Shown: positions 17,930-31,693 of the stretch, piece after piece
Layout: every line of letters begins with the position of its first letter
Numbering within the stretch: the stretch's first letter is position 1
Assembly (NCBI GenBank): GCA_965217585.1
Contig: OZ244561.1
Location: forward strand, 5,376,001-5,440,000
Length of the DNA: 64,000 nt
Origin: Candidatus Latescibacterota bacterium
GTDB lineage: Bacteria; Latescibacterota; UBA2968; UBA8231
Direction: 5' to 3'
The notes under the pieces: generated by a model
The model's database searches: none
What the model saw: only the letters and a program-made list of their open reading frames with translations
Told to the model about the DNA's origin: nothing
Program-made: the position numbers and the translations under genes

Positions 17930-18994
17930 ATGGACAAACACCTTTTAGAATTATATAGCGATTATCTGCTCAGTTCGTTTGGCGCGACGACGGCGACCGG
18001 CTTATCGGCACTGGTGGACGGGGCCTTAAGCCATGATCAAGTCACGCGCTTTCTGTCGGGTGCCGACTATGATGGCCGCACGCTGTGGCAGCAGATCAAG
18101 CCGATGGTACGCGAGATCGAGCAGGACGATGGGGTGCTGATCGTCCCCCCGCGTACGCGGGGGCAAGAAAAGCCGCATACGGATGAAAATGACCTGATCT
18201 GTTGGCATTATGATCACAGCCAAAACCGTTCGGTCAAGGGCCTCAACCTGCTCAACTGTGTGTATCATGCCAGCGGGGTGAGTCTGCCGGTGACGTATGA
18301 GTTGATCCGTAAACCCATTCTCTTTAGCGATGTGCAGACTCGTCAGGTCAAGCGCCGGAGTCTGCACACGAAAAATGAGTTGATGCGCCAGATGTTGCGC
18401 ACCTGGCAACATAATCAGCTCCCCTATCGCTACGTGCTGGCCGATAGCTGGTTTTCGGCCAAAGACAACTTAACCTTCATCCGCAAGACCCTCCACAAAC
18501 ACTTCGTCGTCGCCCTTAAATCCAATAGGACGGTCGCCTTGAGCTATGAACAGAAACGTCAAGGAGCCTTCGCACGCATCGACGCACAACCGTTGCCTGA
18601 ACATCAGCCGGTACTCGGCTGGATCAAAGGATTAGACTTTCCCGTCCTGTTGCTCCGGCAGGTCTTTACAAACCAGGATGGCAGCACCGGCACCTTGTAT
18701 CTGGCGTGTAGTGATCAAACGTGTGATGGAGCCACCATCGAAACAATCTACCAGAAACGGTGGAACGTGGAGACGTTTCATAAAACGCTCAAGTCGCATG
18801 CTGCCTTAGCCAAGTCGCCGACCAAGCGGGTACGCACCCAAAGCAACCACTGTTTTATGGCCCTGTATGCGGCCGGTCGCTTGGAGGGCCTGCGGATCAA
18901 GCACCGACTCAATCACTTCGCGCTGCGATCCCGACTCTATCTCAAGGCCATTCGATATGCCTTCGATGAACTACAAACGCTCAAAACTGCGTAA
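17930..18994 (+). CDS. IS701-like DDE transposase, probably inactivated
   Basis: YSDYLLSSF..TATGLS, SHDQVTRFL, EKPHTDEN..CWHYDH, VLADSWF, RWNVETFHK. The first DD motif reads PPRTRG. Stop codon lies inside the right TIR. Confidence 0.85.
   Translation: MDKHLLELYSDYLLSSFGATTATGLSALVDGALSHDQVTRFLSGADYDGRTLWQQIKPMVREIEQDDGVLIVPPRTRGQEKPHTDENDLICWHYDHSQNRSVKGLNLLNCVYHASGVSLPVTYELIRKPILFSDVQTRQVKRRSLHTKNELMRQMLRTWQHNQLPYRYVLADSWFSAKDNLTFIRKTLHKHFVVALKSNRTVALSYEQKRQGAFARIDAQPLPEHQPVLGWIKGLDFPVLLLRQVFTNQDGSTGTLYLACSDQTCDGATIETIYQKRWNVETFHKTLKSHAALAKSPTKRVRTQSNHCFMALYAAGRLEGLRIKHRLNHFALRSRLYLKAIRYAFDELQTLKTA
18146..18163. repeat. Perfect 18-bp palindrome CCCCCGCGTACGCGGGGG inside the transposase
   Basis: Self-reverse-complementary and occupies exactly six codons (PPRTRG). 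Confidence 0.9.
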
Positions 18995-19019
18995 CGTCAG
19001 TACATTAATTTACTTGAGT

Positions 19020-19055
19020 AGCGGAAGCGGTCAGCGCGCTTCCGCTTTTTGTGTT
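19020..19055 (+). terminator. Terminator-like hairpin in the greA leader
   Basis: AGCGGAAGCG / CGCTTCCGCT 10-bp stem followed by TTTTGTGTT. Confidence 0.65.
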
Positions 19056-19094
19056 AAGTAGCACATGTTGTTCTCTCCTGCTTGAGGCTTGGTA

Positions 19095-19565
19095 ATGAGT
19101 GAAGTATATCTTTCGCGAGAAGGCTACGAAAAACTTCAGGTCGAGTTGAAAGGACTCAAGGAGACCGAACGCCCGGCAGTGCGCCAAGCGCTGCAGCGAG
19201 CGCGGGAGTTTGGCGACCTGTCCGAGAACGCCGAGTATTCAGCAGCTAAAGAAAGGTTGCTCTTCCTAGAGCAGCGCATCGGCAAGCTCGAAGAGACACT
19301 CAGCCGGGCCCGCCTGCTAGAAAACGAGGCGATCCCAGAAGACAAGGTCTATATCGGTGCCACCGTAGAGCTAGAGGACCTCGCGAAGGCGCGGCAGCTC
19401 ACGTACACACTAGTCGCACCCGAGGAAGCGGATTTTGAGGCGGGGAAAATTTCCACGGTTTCGCCGATAGGCAGGGGGTTACTAGGGCACGAAGAAGGAG
19501 AAGAAATCGAGATTGAAGTGCCCGTTGGCAAGCTGCACTACAGGATTGTCAAGATCACGCGCTGA
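19095..19565 (+). CDS. greA: Transcription elongation factor GreA
   Basis: AREFGDLSENAEYSAAKE, ISTVSPIGRGLLG. Confidence 0.95.
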   Translation: MSEVYLSREGYEKLQVELKGLKETERPAVRQALQRAREFGDLSENAEYSAAKERLLFLEQRIGKLEETLSRARLLENEAIPEDKVYIGATVELEDLAKARQLTYTLVAPEEADFEAGKISTVSPIGRGLLGHEEGEEIEIEVPVGKLHYRIVKITR

Positions 19566-19588
19566 GCGCAGTGCCAGTTTACTTGACG

Positions 19589-19623
19589 GCTCCCGGAAAG
19601 GTCTGCGCCTCTCCGGGAGTTTC
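19589..19623 (+). terminator. Probable terminator after greA
   Basis: GCTCCCGGA...TCCGGGAGT stem followed by short T runs. Confidence 0.5.
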
Positions 19624-19649
19624 GCGTTTTGGGTTCGCGCCGGGTCTTC

Positions 19650-19678
19650 TTGACATATTAAAAAAGCTGTTGTATATT
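19650..19678 (+). promoter_or_regulatory. Strong sigma70 promoter for the tRNA-rpmG-secE cluster
   Basis: TTGACA-17 nt-TATATT. Confidence 0.8.
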
Positions 19679-19717
19679 ATGTCTTCTATAAATTAAACGG
19701 GCATTAATCCGGCTCGA

Positions 19718-19794
19718 GCGGGAATAGCTCAGTTGGCTAGAGCGCGAGCCTTCCAAGCTCGGGGTCGCGGGTTCGAGTCCCGTTTCCCGCTCCA
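19718..19794 (+). tRNA. tRNA-Gly (TCC)
   Basis: Acceptor GCGGGAA/TTCCCGC, anticodon loop CTTCCAA, GGTTCGAGTCC T-arm, encoded CCA. Confidence 0.97.
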
Positions 19795-19813
19795 GATAGC
19801 CAAAACAATTGCA

Positions 19814-19889
<76 letters not shown>

Positions 19890-19926
19890 CTTTCCTAGTG
19901 CTTCCATCTAAACACGGCAAGTTCTG

Positions 19927-20079
19927 ATGCCAAGAGATCAAATAACGCTGGAATGCGAAGTATGCAGTCAGCAAAATTACACTACGACCAAAAATAGACG
20001 AAGCCAGCCAAGCCGCGTGGAGTACAAAAAATATTGCCGCTTTTGCCACAAGCACACGGCCCACAAGGAAGCCCGCTAG
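19927..20079 (+). CDS. rpmG: 50S ribosomal protein L33 (zinc-binding C+ type)
   Basis: Manual translation [50 protein letters not shown] (below the ORF track cutoff). Confidence 0.95.
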   Translation: MPRDQITLECEVCSQQNYTTTKNRRSQPSRVEYKKYCRFCHKHTAHKEAR

Positions 20080-20083
20080 GCAT

Positions 20084-20159
20084 AGGGCAGTAGCTCAATT
20101 GGTAGAGCTCCGGTCTCCAAAACCGGCGGTTGCAGGTTCAAGTCCTGTCTGCCCTGCCA
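20084..20159 (+). tRNA. tRNA-Trp (CCA)
   Basis: Acceptor AGGGCAG/CTGCCCT, anticodon arm CCGGT-CTCCAAA-ACCGG, encoded CCA. Canonical position before secE. Confidence 0.97.
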
Positions 20160-20181
20160 GGCTTCTGTATTAGGGAACGGG

Positions 20182-20370
20182 ATGTGGAATAAACTTACTA
20201 ATTTCGTCAAAGATGTGCGGACCGAATTCTCCAAAGTGAGTTGGCCCACTCGCGAGGATTTGGTCAGTTCCACAGGAGTAGTATTAGCCTTTTCGGCGAT
20301 CTTTGCGGTTTTTATCGGCATGTTCGACCTGATTATCTCCTTTGTTTGGGGAATGCTTCTAGGACAGTAA
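20182..20370 (+). CDS. secE: Preprotein translocase subunit SecE
   Basis: EFSKVSWPTRE plus one TM helix; synteny. Confidence 0.95.
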   Translation: MWNKLTNFVKDVRTEFSKVSWPTREDLVSSTGVVLAFSAIFAVFIGMFDLIISFVWGMLLGQ

Positions 20371-20469
20371 CTCCCGCTAGGGCCTATCTAAGGGAAGCGG
20401 CGCATAGCATGCACCGCTTCTTTTCCTTGTTTACGCTCGGCAAACGGGAGCTAACACCGGATTGAAGTC

Positions 20470-21015
20470 ATGGCACAGCGCTGGTACGCTCTTCATACGT
20501 ATTCGGGGCACGAAAATAAAGTAAAGACCTATTTGGAGTTGCTCATTGAGTCGGGGGCTGCCAGCGGTGCAATTGCTCAGGTCGTTGTGCCGACCGAGGA
20601 AGTGGTTGAACTCCGCGCCGGCAAGAAAACCAAGACTAGGAAGCGGTTTTTGCCTAGTTATGTGCTGGTGGAAATGGAAATGTCCAAGGACGCTTGGTAC
20701 CAGGTGACCAACATTCCCGGGGTGACTAACTTCGTCGGCCCAGCGCGCAAGCCACAACCGCTGCGGCAGGAGGAAATCGACCGCATCTTGGGGCACGTTG
20801 ACCGCCGCAAAGACCAAGATGTCGAAGAGATTCCCTTTGCCGTCGATGATCAAGTCAAGGTCAACGACGGCGCGTTCAAGGATTTTATCGGCACCGTGCA
20901 GGAGGTGCTGCCAGAGAAGCGGAGATTAAAAATTATGGTGAGCATCTTCGGGCGCGGTACATCAGTGGAATTGGACGTGTTGCAGGTCGAGCCAGTCCAA
21001 GAGGCGGTTGGCTGA
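20470..21015 (+). CDS. nusG: Transcription factor NusG
   Basis: WYALHTYSGHENKVK, FLPSYVLVEM, KOW domain. Confidence 0.97.
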   Translation: MAQRWYALHTYSGHENKVKTYLELLIESGAASGAIAQVVVPTEEVVELRAGKKTKTRKRFLPSYVLVEMEMSKDAWYQVTNIPGVTNFVGPARKPQPLRQEEIDRILGHVDRRKDQDVEEIPFAVDDQVKVNDGAFKDFIGTVQEVLPEKRRLKIMVSIFGRGTSVELDVLQVEPVQEAVG

Positions 21016-21035
21016 TTTTCAGAGGGATTAAATAA

Positions 21036-21458
21036 ATGGCTAAAAAGGAAATAGCCCAAATCAAATTGCAGGTTCCGGCCGGTCAGGCGAATCCGACGCC
21101 GCCCGTTGGGCCGGCACTGGGTCAACACGGCGTCAATATCATGGAATTCTGCAAGACCTTCAATGCCCAGACCCAAGACCAGCAGGGGTTAATCATTCCC
21201 GTAATCATTACGGTGTACGCTGACCGCACGTTTTCGTTTATCACCAAGACGCCGCCGGCTGCGGTACTGTTGTTGCGGGCTGCTGGGCAACCCAAGGGGT
21301 CGGGCGTGCCCAACAGGGACCACATCGGCGTTGTATCTGAGGACCAAGTGCGCGAAATCGCCGAATTGAAAATGCCCGATTTGAACGCTGCCTCAATGGA
21401 AGCCGCGATGTCGATGATCGCGGGGACGGCCCGCAGCATGGGGCTCTTGATTGAGTAG
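21036..21458 (+). CDS. rplK: 50S ribosomal protein L11
   Basis: [19 protein letters not shown]. Confidence 0.97.
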   Translation: MAKKEIAQIKLQVPAGQANPTPPVGPALGQHGVNIMEFCKTFNAQTQDQQGLIIPVIITVYADRTFSFITKTPPAAVLLLRAAGQPKGSGVPNRDHIGVVSEDQVREIAELKMPDLNAASMEAAMSMIAGTARSMGLLIE

Positions 21459-21495
21459 TTGCTTCGCATCACAACCCTCATAAGAGGTTTAAAAT

Positions 21496-22194
21496 ATGGC
21501 CAGAGGAAAAAAATACAGGAACGCCTTGGCGTCTTTCGACCGCGACAGGGCCTATTCGTGGGAAGAGGGGATCAATATCCTCAGGGGATTCCCAGCCTAT
21601 AACTACGACCCGACCATCGAGCTTTCTTGCAACCTAGGGATCGATGGCCGACAGGCCGACCAAGCGCTGCGTGGCACGGTGATGTTGCCCCACGGCACCG
21701 GGAAGGAACTCCGGGTCTTAGTCATTACCCAAGGACCGCTAGTGCAGGAGGCCCAAGACGCTGGGGCCGATTTCGTTGGCGGGGCCGATATGGCCGAGAA
21801 AATCCAGGGCGGTTGGCTCGATTTCGACTTGGTCATCGCCTCTCCAGATATGATGGGGCAAGTGGGTAAGCTGGGAAGGATCTTAGGGCCGCGGGGCCTG
21901 ATGCCCAATCCCAAGACCGGCACGGTAACGCGCGAAGTGGCCCAAGCCGTTCGCGAGGCCAAGGCCGGCCGCGTTGAATACCGCGCCGACAGCAAATCCG
22001 GCAACAACGCCCAAGGCCCCATCGGCAAGCTGTCCTTTACCGATCATGCACTGATCGAAAACGCCCAAGCGTTTACTGACGCCATTTTGCGTGCCAAGCC
22101 GGCCGCGGCGAAAGGGCAGTACATCCGCAAGTTAGTCCTCTCGTCGGTAATCGGGCCGGGCATCAAGATCGACCGCGCCCAGTTCGCTGAGTAA
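21496..22194 (+). CDS. rplA: 50S ribosomal protein L1
   Basis: LPHGTGK, LGPRGLMPNPKTGTV. Confidence 0.97.
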   Translation: MARGKKYRNALASFDRDRAYSWEEGINILRGFPAYNYDPTIELSCNLGIDGRQADQALRGTVMLPHGTGKELRVLVITQGPLVQEAQDAGADFVGGADMAEKIQGGWLDFDLVIASPDMMGQVGKLGRILGPRGLMPNPKTGTVTREVAQAVREAKAGRVEYRADSKSGNNAQGPIGKLSFTDHALIENAQAFTDAILRAKPAAAKGQYIRKLVLSSVIGPGIKIDRAQFAE

Positions 22195-22209
22195 AGAAAG
22201 CTCTGTACT

Positions 22210-22743
22210 ATGGCGACGGTAGAGAAAGAAGCAAAAGTAGAAGAATTGAAGGCCATTATGGCCGAGGCCAAGGGCTTTTATTTGGCTGATTTTACGGGTA
22301 TTGACGTAGCCGCGGTGACCGAGCTACGCAATAAGCTGCGCGATGCCGACGTCCAATACCAAGTGATCAAAAATCGCTTGGCCATTCGCGCGGCCGAGGA
22401 AGTAGGCATCGCCGGCCTCAAAGAGTATTTCACCGGGCCTACGGCCATGGCCTACTCAATAGAAGATCCCATCGCACCGGCCAAAATTCTGCAAGACTTC
22501 GTCGCCGATGGCGGGAAAATTCAGATCAAGACCGGCTTTATGGAAGGCGAGGTCCTCGCCGCCGACAAAGTCGAGGCGTTGGCCAAGCTGCCCTCTAAGG
22601 AAGAATTGCTAGGCAGGGTAGCTGCCGGCGTCCAGAGCCCGCTCTACGGGCTGAGCGGCGTCTTGAGTGGGTTGCTCAGAGGCTTGGTCGGCGCGTTGTC
22701 GGCCATCGAAAAGCAACGGGGAGAAGGCGGGGAAAACGCCTGA
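22210..22743 (+). CDS. rplJ: 50S ribosomal protein L10
   Basis: [17 protein letters not shown]; synteny. Confidence 0.95.
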   Translation: MATVEKEAKVEELKAIMAEAKGFYLADFTGIDVAAVTELRNKLRDADVQYQVIKNRLAIRAAEEVGIAGLKEYFTGPTAMAYSIEDPIAPAKILQDFVADGGKIQIKTGFMEGEVLAADKVEALAKLPSKEELLGRVAAGVQSPLYGLSGVLSGLLRGLVGALSAIEKQRGEGGENA

Positions 22744-22802
22744 TTCCCACTCGTTCCTTATTCAATAAAACTCAAATACGGATATACAGGAGGCTGTATC
22801 CC

Positions 22803-23210
22803 ATGACCGAAGAAACCACTGCCACCGCCGCCAACGGCAAGATAGGCGAAATCATTGAGACCATCGGCGGCCTGACCGTCCTAGAGCTGGCCAAGCTGGT
22901 TAAAGCCCTTGAAGACAAGTTCGGAGTGTCAGCCGCAGCACCGGTGATGATGGCCGGCGTGATGCCCGGCGATGGCGGCGAAGAAGCTGCCGAGGAGAAG
23001 GATTCTTTTAATGTCGTGCTCACCAATGTCGGCGAGAAAAAGATCCAAGTCATCAAGGTCGTCCGCGAGATCACCAGCCTAGGGCTGAAAGAGGCCAAAG
23101 CTCTCGTCGACGAGGCTCCCAAGCCCGTCAAGGAAGGAGCGACCAAGGAAGAAGCCGAAGAAATCCAGAGCCGGTTGCAGGACGCCGGGGCCACGGTAGA
23201 ACTCCAATAG
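22803..23210 (+). CDS. rplL: 50S ribosomal protein L7/L12
   Basis: [31 protein letters not shown]. Confidence 0.97.
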   Translation: MTEETTATAANGKIGEIIETIGGLTVLELAKLVKALEDKFGVSAAAPVMMAGVMPGDGGEEAAEEKDSFNVVLTNVGEKKIQVIKVVREITSLGLKEAKALVDEAPKPVKEGATKEEAEEIQSRLQDAGATVELQ

Positions 23211-23267
23211 GGAACTGCTGCGGATACAGTAGTTCATCTATTCATACCTGCTTTTCTGCAGCACGCA

Positions 23268-23299
23268 CTCATGGAGCTATTGGTTGATAGCTCCATGAG
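23268..23299 (+). promoter_or_regulatory. 13-bp perfect hairpin in the rplL-rpoB spacer (attenuator or processing site candidate)
   Basis: CTCATGGAGCTAT / ATAGCTCCATGAG with only a weak downstream U-tract. Confidence 0.55.
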
Positions 23300-23334
23300 C
23301 ATTTGCCTTAAACCACCAATTGAGGAGTTGGACT

Positions 23335-27114
<3,780 letters not shown>

Positions 27115-27146
27115 ATCGCAGAGCATTCGCATAAAGCGCAAAGGGG

Positions 27147-30100
27147 GTGCCAGTGTTACAGATTGCCAATGCATCGCGCAAACCGACTGATTTCGATTCC
27201 ATTCGCATTCAGCTCGCTTCTCCTGAGACCATTCGCGCTTGGTCTCAAGGTGAGGTCACCAAACCCGAGACGATCAACTACCGCTCCTTCAAACCGGAGC
27301 GCGACGGGTTGTTCTGCGAACGCATTTTTGGTCCGGTCAAGGACTGGAACTGCCACTGCGGCAAGTATAAAGGCATCCGCTATCGAGGCGTAGTATGCGA
27401 CCGTTGTGGCGTCGAGGTCACACAGGTCAAGGTTCGTCGCGAGCGTCTTGGGCACATCGAGTTGGCCGTACAGGTCTCCCATATCTGGTATTTTAAGTCG
27501 CTGCCTTCGCGCATCGGTGCTCTACTCGACATCTCGATGCGCAACCTCGAGCGCATCCTCTATTACGAGTCCTATGTCGTCATCGATCCGCGGGGTGCAC
27601 CTGTGGAGAAGTTGCAGCTTTTGACTGAGGAGGAGCTCTTTGAGGTAGAGGAAGAGGGTGGCGATCCCGATGTTGATATGGGAGCACCAGCGGTCAGGCG
27701 ACTCTTAGAGCAGATCGATATCGAAGAGCTCTCGGCCGAATTGCGAACCTTGGTCAGGATGGAGAGTTCGATCCAGCGCAAGCAAGAGGCGCTCAAGCGG
27801 CTCAAGGTCGTCGAGGCCTTCCGCCAGTCCGAAAACCGGCCCGAGTGGATGATTCTCGACAACATCCCAGTCATTCCGCCGGATCTGCGTCCCTTGGTGC
27901 CCCTAGAGGGCGGTCGCTTTGCCACTTCCGACCTCAACGACCTCTACCGCCGAGTCATTAACCGTAACAACCGCTTGAAGAAGCTAATCAACATCAAGGC
28001 TCCCGAGGTCATTCTGCGCAACGAGAAGAGGATGCTCCAAGAAGCCGTTGACGCCCTCTTCGACAACGGGCGTCGCTCGCGGGCTGTACGCGGTGACGGC
28101 AATCGCTCGCTCAAGTCACTCAGCGATTTGCTCAAGGGTAAGCAGGGCCGTTTTCGCCAAAACTTGCTGGGCAAGCGCGTCGACTATTCGGGCCGTTCAG
28201 TCATCGTCGTCGGTCCAGAACTCAAATTGTACCAGTGTGGCCTGCCCAAGGGCATGGCACTAGAGCTGTTTAAGCCATTTGTGATCAAAAAATTAGAAGA
28301 AAAAGGGCTGGTGCAAACCGTCAAAAGCGCCAAGAAGTTGGTCGAGCGCGAGCGCTCGGAGGTCTGGGACATTCTCGAGGAGATCATTCGCGACCACTGC
28401 GTATTGCTCAATCGGGCGCCGACGTTGCACAAGTTGGGCATTCAGGCTTTTCAGCCCATTCTCGTCGAGGGTAAGGCCATTCGCCTACACCCGCTGGTCT
28501 GCGCCGCCTTTAACGCCGACTTCGACGGCGACCAGATGGCTGTGCATGTCCCGCTCTCGTTCGAGTCCCAGATCGAGGCGCGGCTCCTAATGCTCTCTAC
28601 CAACAACATCCTCAAACCGGCCGATGGCGAGCCGGTGATTATGGACAATCCTCAGGATATCGTACTCGGCAGTTATTACCTGACCAAGGTGCGCTTTAGC
28701 GAAGCCGGTGGAGTCGAGCGCAGCTTTGCCAATAAGACCGAGGCGGTTGCGGCCTTTGAATCGGGCCGCATTACCTTGCACCAGCCGATCGTGGTGCGCA
28801 TCGATGGCGAGATGGTGAATACGACCGTCGGTCGCTTGCTCTTCAACGAGGTGCTCCCGGAGGAAATCGGCTTCATTAACCGCACGGTTGACAAGGGCGA
28901 TATCAAGAAGATCACCTCTAAGGTGCATCGCCTACTGGGCAACAGACGCACGGCCGAGTTCGTCGATCAGCTCAAAAACGTGGGCTATCACTATGCGACG
29001 CTGGCAGGAGTATCCATTGCCGTTGACGACGTAGTCGTACCCGATAGTAAAACCAAGCTCATTGACGGGGCGCTCAAGGAAGTGGAGAAAGTCCGTGATC
29101 AGTACGCCAATGGCATCATCACCGATGGCGAGCGCTATAACAAGATCATAGACATCTGGATGCATTCCACTGAAGTGGTCTCGCGCGCTGTGCAGAACGC
29201 GCTCGAGGAAGCCGAAGAGGGCTTTAACTCGGTTTACATTATGAAGGATTCCGGCGCACGCGGCAGCGGGGATCAGATTAAACAGCTAGGCGGCATGCGT
29301 GGCCTGATGAACAAGCCGCAGAAAAAGTTGACCGGTGCCGTCGGCGAAATTATCGAAACGCCGATTATCGCCTCTTTCAAAGAGGGGCTGTCGGTACTCG
29401 AGTACTTCATCTCGACTCACGGGGCGCGCAAAGGCTTGGCCGATACGGCCCTGAAGACGGCCGAAGCCGGGTATCTGACTCGTCGGATGGTCGATGTGGC
29501 CCAAGATGTGGTAATCAGCGAGAATGACTGCATGACTAGCCAGGGGCTGAAGACCGGCGCTCTCAAGGACGGAGAGGAGGTAATCGAGCCGCTAGCCGAC
29601 CGCATTGTCGGCCGCGTGTTGCAGGAGGATGCCCTCGACGCCGACGGCAATGTGGTAGCCCAAGCGGGCGTTCTCTTGGAAGAGGAAGACGCCAATCGCA
29701 TTGCCCAAGTCGGCATTGAAGAAGTGCTCATCCGCTCGGTGCTTACATGCGAGTCCGAGCGCGGCGTGTGCATCAAGTGCTACGGGCGCAACATGGCTAC
29801 TGGCCGCGAGGTCAATGTGGGCGAGGCGGTTGGGGTCGTGGCCGCGCAGAGCATTGGCGAGCCAGGTACTCAGCTAACGCTGCGAACTTTTCACATCGGC
29901 GGTACGGCTAGCCGCATTGCCGAACAGTCGCAGATCACCGCTCGCCGGACCGGCCGCGTCCAATTTTCCAATGTCGATACGGTACAAAATCCGACAGCCG
30001 GCGTCACGGTCGTCGGACGCAACGGTGAAATCGAGTTGCTCGACGAACAGAATCGAGTGCGGGTGCGGCAAATCGCTCCTTATGGCGCGGTGCTCAAGGT

Positions 30101-31235
30101 CGAAGACGGCGATCAAGTCGAGATAGAACAGGTGTTATACGAATGGGATCCATACAACACTGTGATCCTCACCGACCGCCCAGGCAGGATCAAGTTCAAC
30201 GATATCATTGCCGGGGTAACTATGCGCGAGGAATTCGACGAAAGCACGGGCATGAGCGTCCGCGTCATTGTCGAACAGCGAGACCGCTCGCTGAGCCCGC
30301 AGATCGAGATCGAGAGCGAGGAATACGGAGCCCGTTCCTATATCATTCCGGTCGGTGCTCGTCTTCTGGTCGAAGACGAGGATCAAATCGCACCGGGGCA
30401 GGTGTTGGTCAAGATCCCGCGCGAGCGTTCCAAGACGCGCGACATCACCGGCGGCTTGCCGCGCGTTGCCGAGCTCTTCGAGGCGCGCCGGCCCAAGGAA
30501 CCTGCGGTAATATCGGAAATCGACGGCACTGTGAGCTTTGGCGGCCTAGTCCGCGGCAATCGCGAACTGTTCGTCACTCCGCTGGACGGCGAGAAAAAGA
30601 AATACTCGGTGCCCTACGGCAAGCACCTGCGCGTACACGAAGGCGACCGGGTCGAAGCCGGCGAGCGCCTCTCCGAGGGTTCGGTCAACCCGCACGATAT
30701 TCTGCGGGTCCAGGGCGTGAATAAGGTACAGGAGTACTTGGTCAACGAGATTCAGGACGTCTACCGCCTACAGGCCGTGGAGATCAACGACAAGCACATT
30801 GAGGTGATCGTTAAACAGATGCTGCAGAAGGTGCGCATCATCGACCCGGGCGACACGAATTTTCTTGAAGGGGAGGAAGTGGATAAGATCCGCTTCAACA
30901 GGGAAAATGACAAAGTCCTCTACGAGGGAGGGGACCCGGCTACCTGCCAGCCAATCCTTCTAGGCATTACCCGCGCCTCGCTGCGTACGGACAGCTTTAT
31001 CTCTGCCGCCTCCTTTCAGGAGACGACGCGTGTGTTGACCGAAGCGGCCGTGCAAGGCAAAGTAGACCATCTGCGCGGTTTGAAAGAAAACGTCATCATC
31101 GGCCGCTTGATCCCAGCCGGTACGGGCACTACGTCCTACCAAGAGATCACCTATGAGAGCTTGGTGCCCGAAGGTAATGGCAAAGCTGAGTTGACCGAAG
31201 TCGCGGCTGCGGAAACGGGTGTTTTGGACGAGTAG
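27147..31235 (+). CDS. rpoC: RNA polymerase subunit beta'
   Basis: [12 protein letters not shown] catalytic motif, N-terminal zinc finger. Confidence 0.98.
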   Translation: MPVLQIANASRKPTDFDSIRIQLASPETIRAWSQGEVTKPETINYRSFKPERDGLFCERIFGPVKDWNCHCGKYKGIRYRGVVCDRCGVEVTQVKVRRERLGHIELAVQVSHIWYFKSLPSRIGALLDISMRNLERILYYESYVVIDPRGAPVEKLQLLTEEELFEVEEEGGDPDVDMGAPAVRRLLEQIDIEELSAELRTLVRMESSIQRKQEALKRLKVVEAFRQSENRPEWMILDNIPVIPPDLRPLVPLEGGRFATSDLNDLYRRVINRNNRLKKLINIKAPEVILRNEKRMLQEAVDALFDNGRRSRAVRGDGNRSLKSLSDLLKGKQGRFRQNLLGKRVDYSGRSVIVVGPELKLYQCGLPKGMALELFKPFVIKKLEEKGLVQTVKSAKKLVERERSEVWDILEEIIRDHCVLLNRAPTLHKLGIQAFQPILVEGKAIRLHPLVCAAFNADFDGDQMAVHVPLSFESQIEARLLMLSTNNILKPADGEPVIMDNPQDIVLGSYYLTKVRFSEAGGVERSFANKTEAVAAFESGRITLHQPIVVRIDGEMVNTTVGRLLFNEVLPEEIGFINRTVDKGDIKKITSKVHRLLGNRRTAEFVDQLKNVGYHYATLAGVSIAVDDVVVPDSKTKLIDGALKEVEKVRDQYANGIITDGERYNKIIDIWMHSTEVVSRAVQNALEEAEEGFNSVYIMKDSGARGSGDQIKQLGGMRGLMNKPQKKLTGAVGEIIETPIIASFKEGLSVLEYFISTHGARKGLADTALKTAEAGYLTRRMVDVAQDVVISENDCMTSQGLKTGALKDGEEVIEPLADRIVGRVLQEDALDADGNVVAQAGVLLEEEDANRIAQVGIEEVLIRSVLTCESERGVCIKCYGRNMATGREVNVGEAVGVVAAQSIGEPGTQLTLRTFHIGGTASRIAEQSQITARRTGRVQFSNVDTVQNPTAGVTVVGRNGEIELLDEQNRVRVRQIAPYGAVLKVEDGDQVEIEQVLYEWDPYNTVILTDRPGRIKFNDIIAGVTMREEFDESTGMSVRVIVEQRDRSLSPQIEIESEEYGARSYIIPVGARLLVEDEDQIAPGQVLVKIPRERSKTRDITGGLPRVAELFEARRPKEPAVISEIDGTVSFGGLVRGNRELFVTPLDGEKKKYSVPYGKHLRVHEGDRVEAGERLSEGSVNPHDILRVQGVNKVQEYLVNEIQDVYRLQAVEINDKHIEVIVKQMLQKVRIIDPGDTNFLEGEEVDKIRFNRENDKVLYEGGDPATCQPILLGITRASLRTDSFISAASFQETTRVLTEAAVQGKVDHLRGLKENVIIGRLIPAGTGTTSYQEITYESLVPEGNGKAELTEVAAAETGVLDE

Positions 31236-31237
31236 TA

Positions 31238-31266
31238 TTGACAGTTATACAATTTGTAGTTAATAT
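31238..31266 (+). promoter_or_regulatory. sigma70 promoter of the str operon
   Basis: TTGACA-17 nt-TAATAT right after the rpoC stop. Confidence 0.75.
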
Positions 31267-31309
31267 ATGAGCTTGCTATTTATTACGGAATCGCGAGGAG
31301 AAACAGCGC

Positions 31310-31681
31310 TTGCCAACGGTTAGCCAGCTGGTCCGCAAAAGCCGGCAAAAATCACTAAAAAAGACGGACTCTCCAGCGCTGAGAGGTTGTCCTCAGCGCC
31401 GCGGCGTATGTACGCGCGTTTACACTCAGACGCCCAAGAAGCCCAATTCGGCCCTGCGCAAGATGGCTCGCGTGCGTTTGACTACGGGGATTGAAGTCAC
31501 GGCTTATGTTCCAGGCGAGGGCCATACGCTTCAGGAGCACTCCATCGTTTTGGTGCGCGGGGGGCGGATCAAGGACTGCCCCGGCGTGCGCTACCACATC
31601 GTGCGCGGCGTCCTCGATGCGACGGGCGTGGCCGACCGCCGCCAGGGTCGCTCCAAATATGGCACCCGGCGGCCAACCTAA
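31310..31681 (+). CDS. rpsL: 30S ribosomal protein S12
   Basis: [27 protein letters not shown] start after GAGGAG. Confidence 0.98.
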   Translation: MPTVSQLVRKSRQKSLKKTDSPALRGCPQRRGVCTRVYTQTPKKPNSALRKMARVRLTTGIEVTAYVPGEGHTLQEHSIVLVRGGRIKDCPGVRYHIVRGVLDATGVADRRQGRSKYGTRRPT

Positions 31682-31693
31682 GAGTACAAACTA

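Larger units (their letters stand above)
17889..19000 (+). mobile_element. Complete insertion sequence, IS701-like (DDE), 1112 bp
   Basis: Perfect 13-bp TIRs CTGACGTTACGCA (17889-17901) / TGCGTAACGTCAG (18988-19000). 8-bp direct repeat TACATTAA at 17881-17888 and 19001-19008. Lower GC than the flanks. Confidence 0.92.

Noticed and set aside
18140-18170. CRISPR array, suggested by similarity of the palindrome to type I-E repeat cores
   Set aside because: Single copy, with no spacers and no cas genes in the window.
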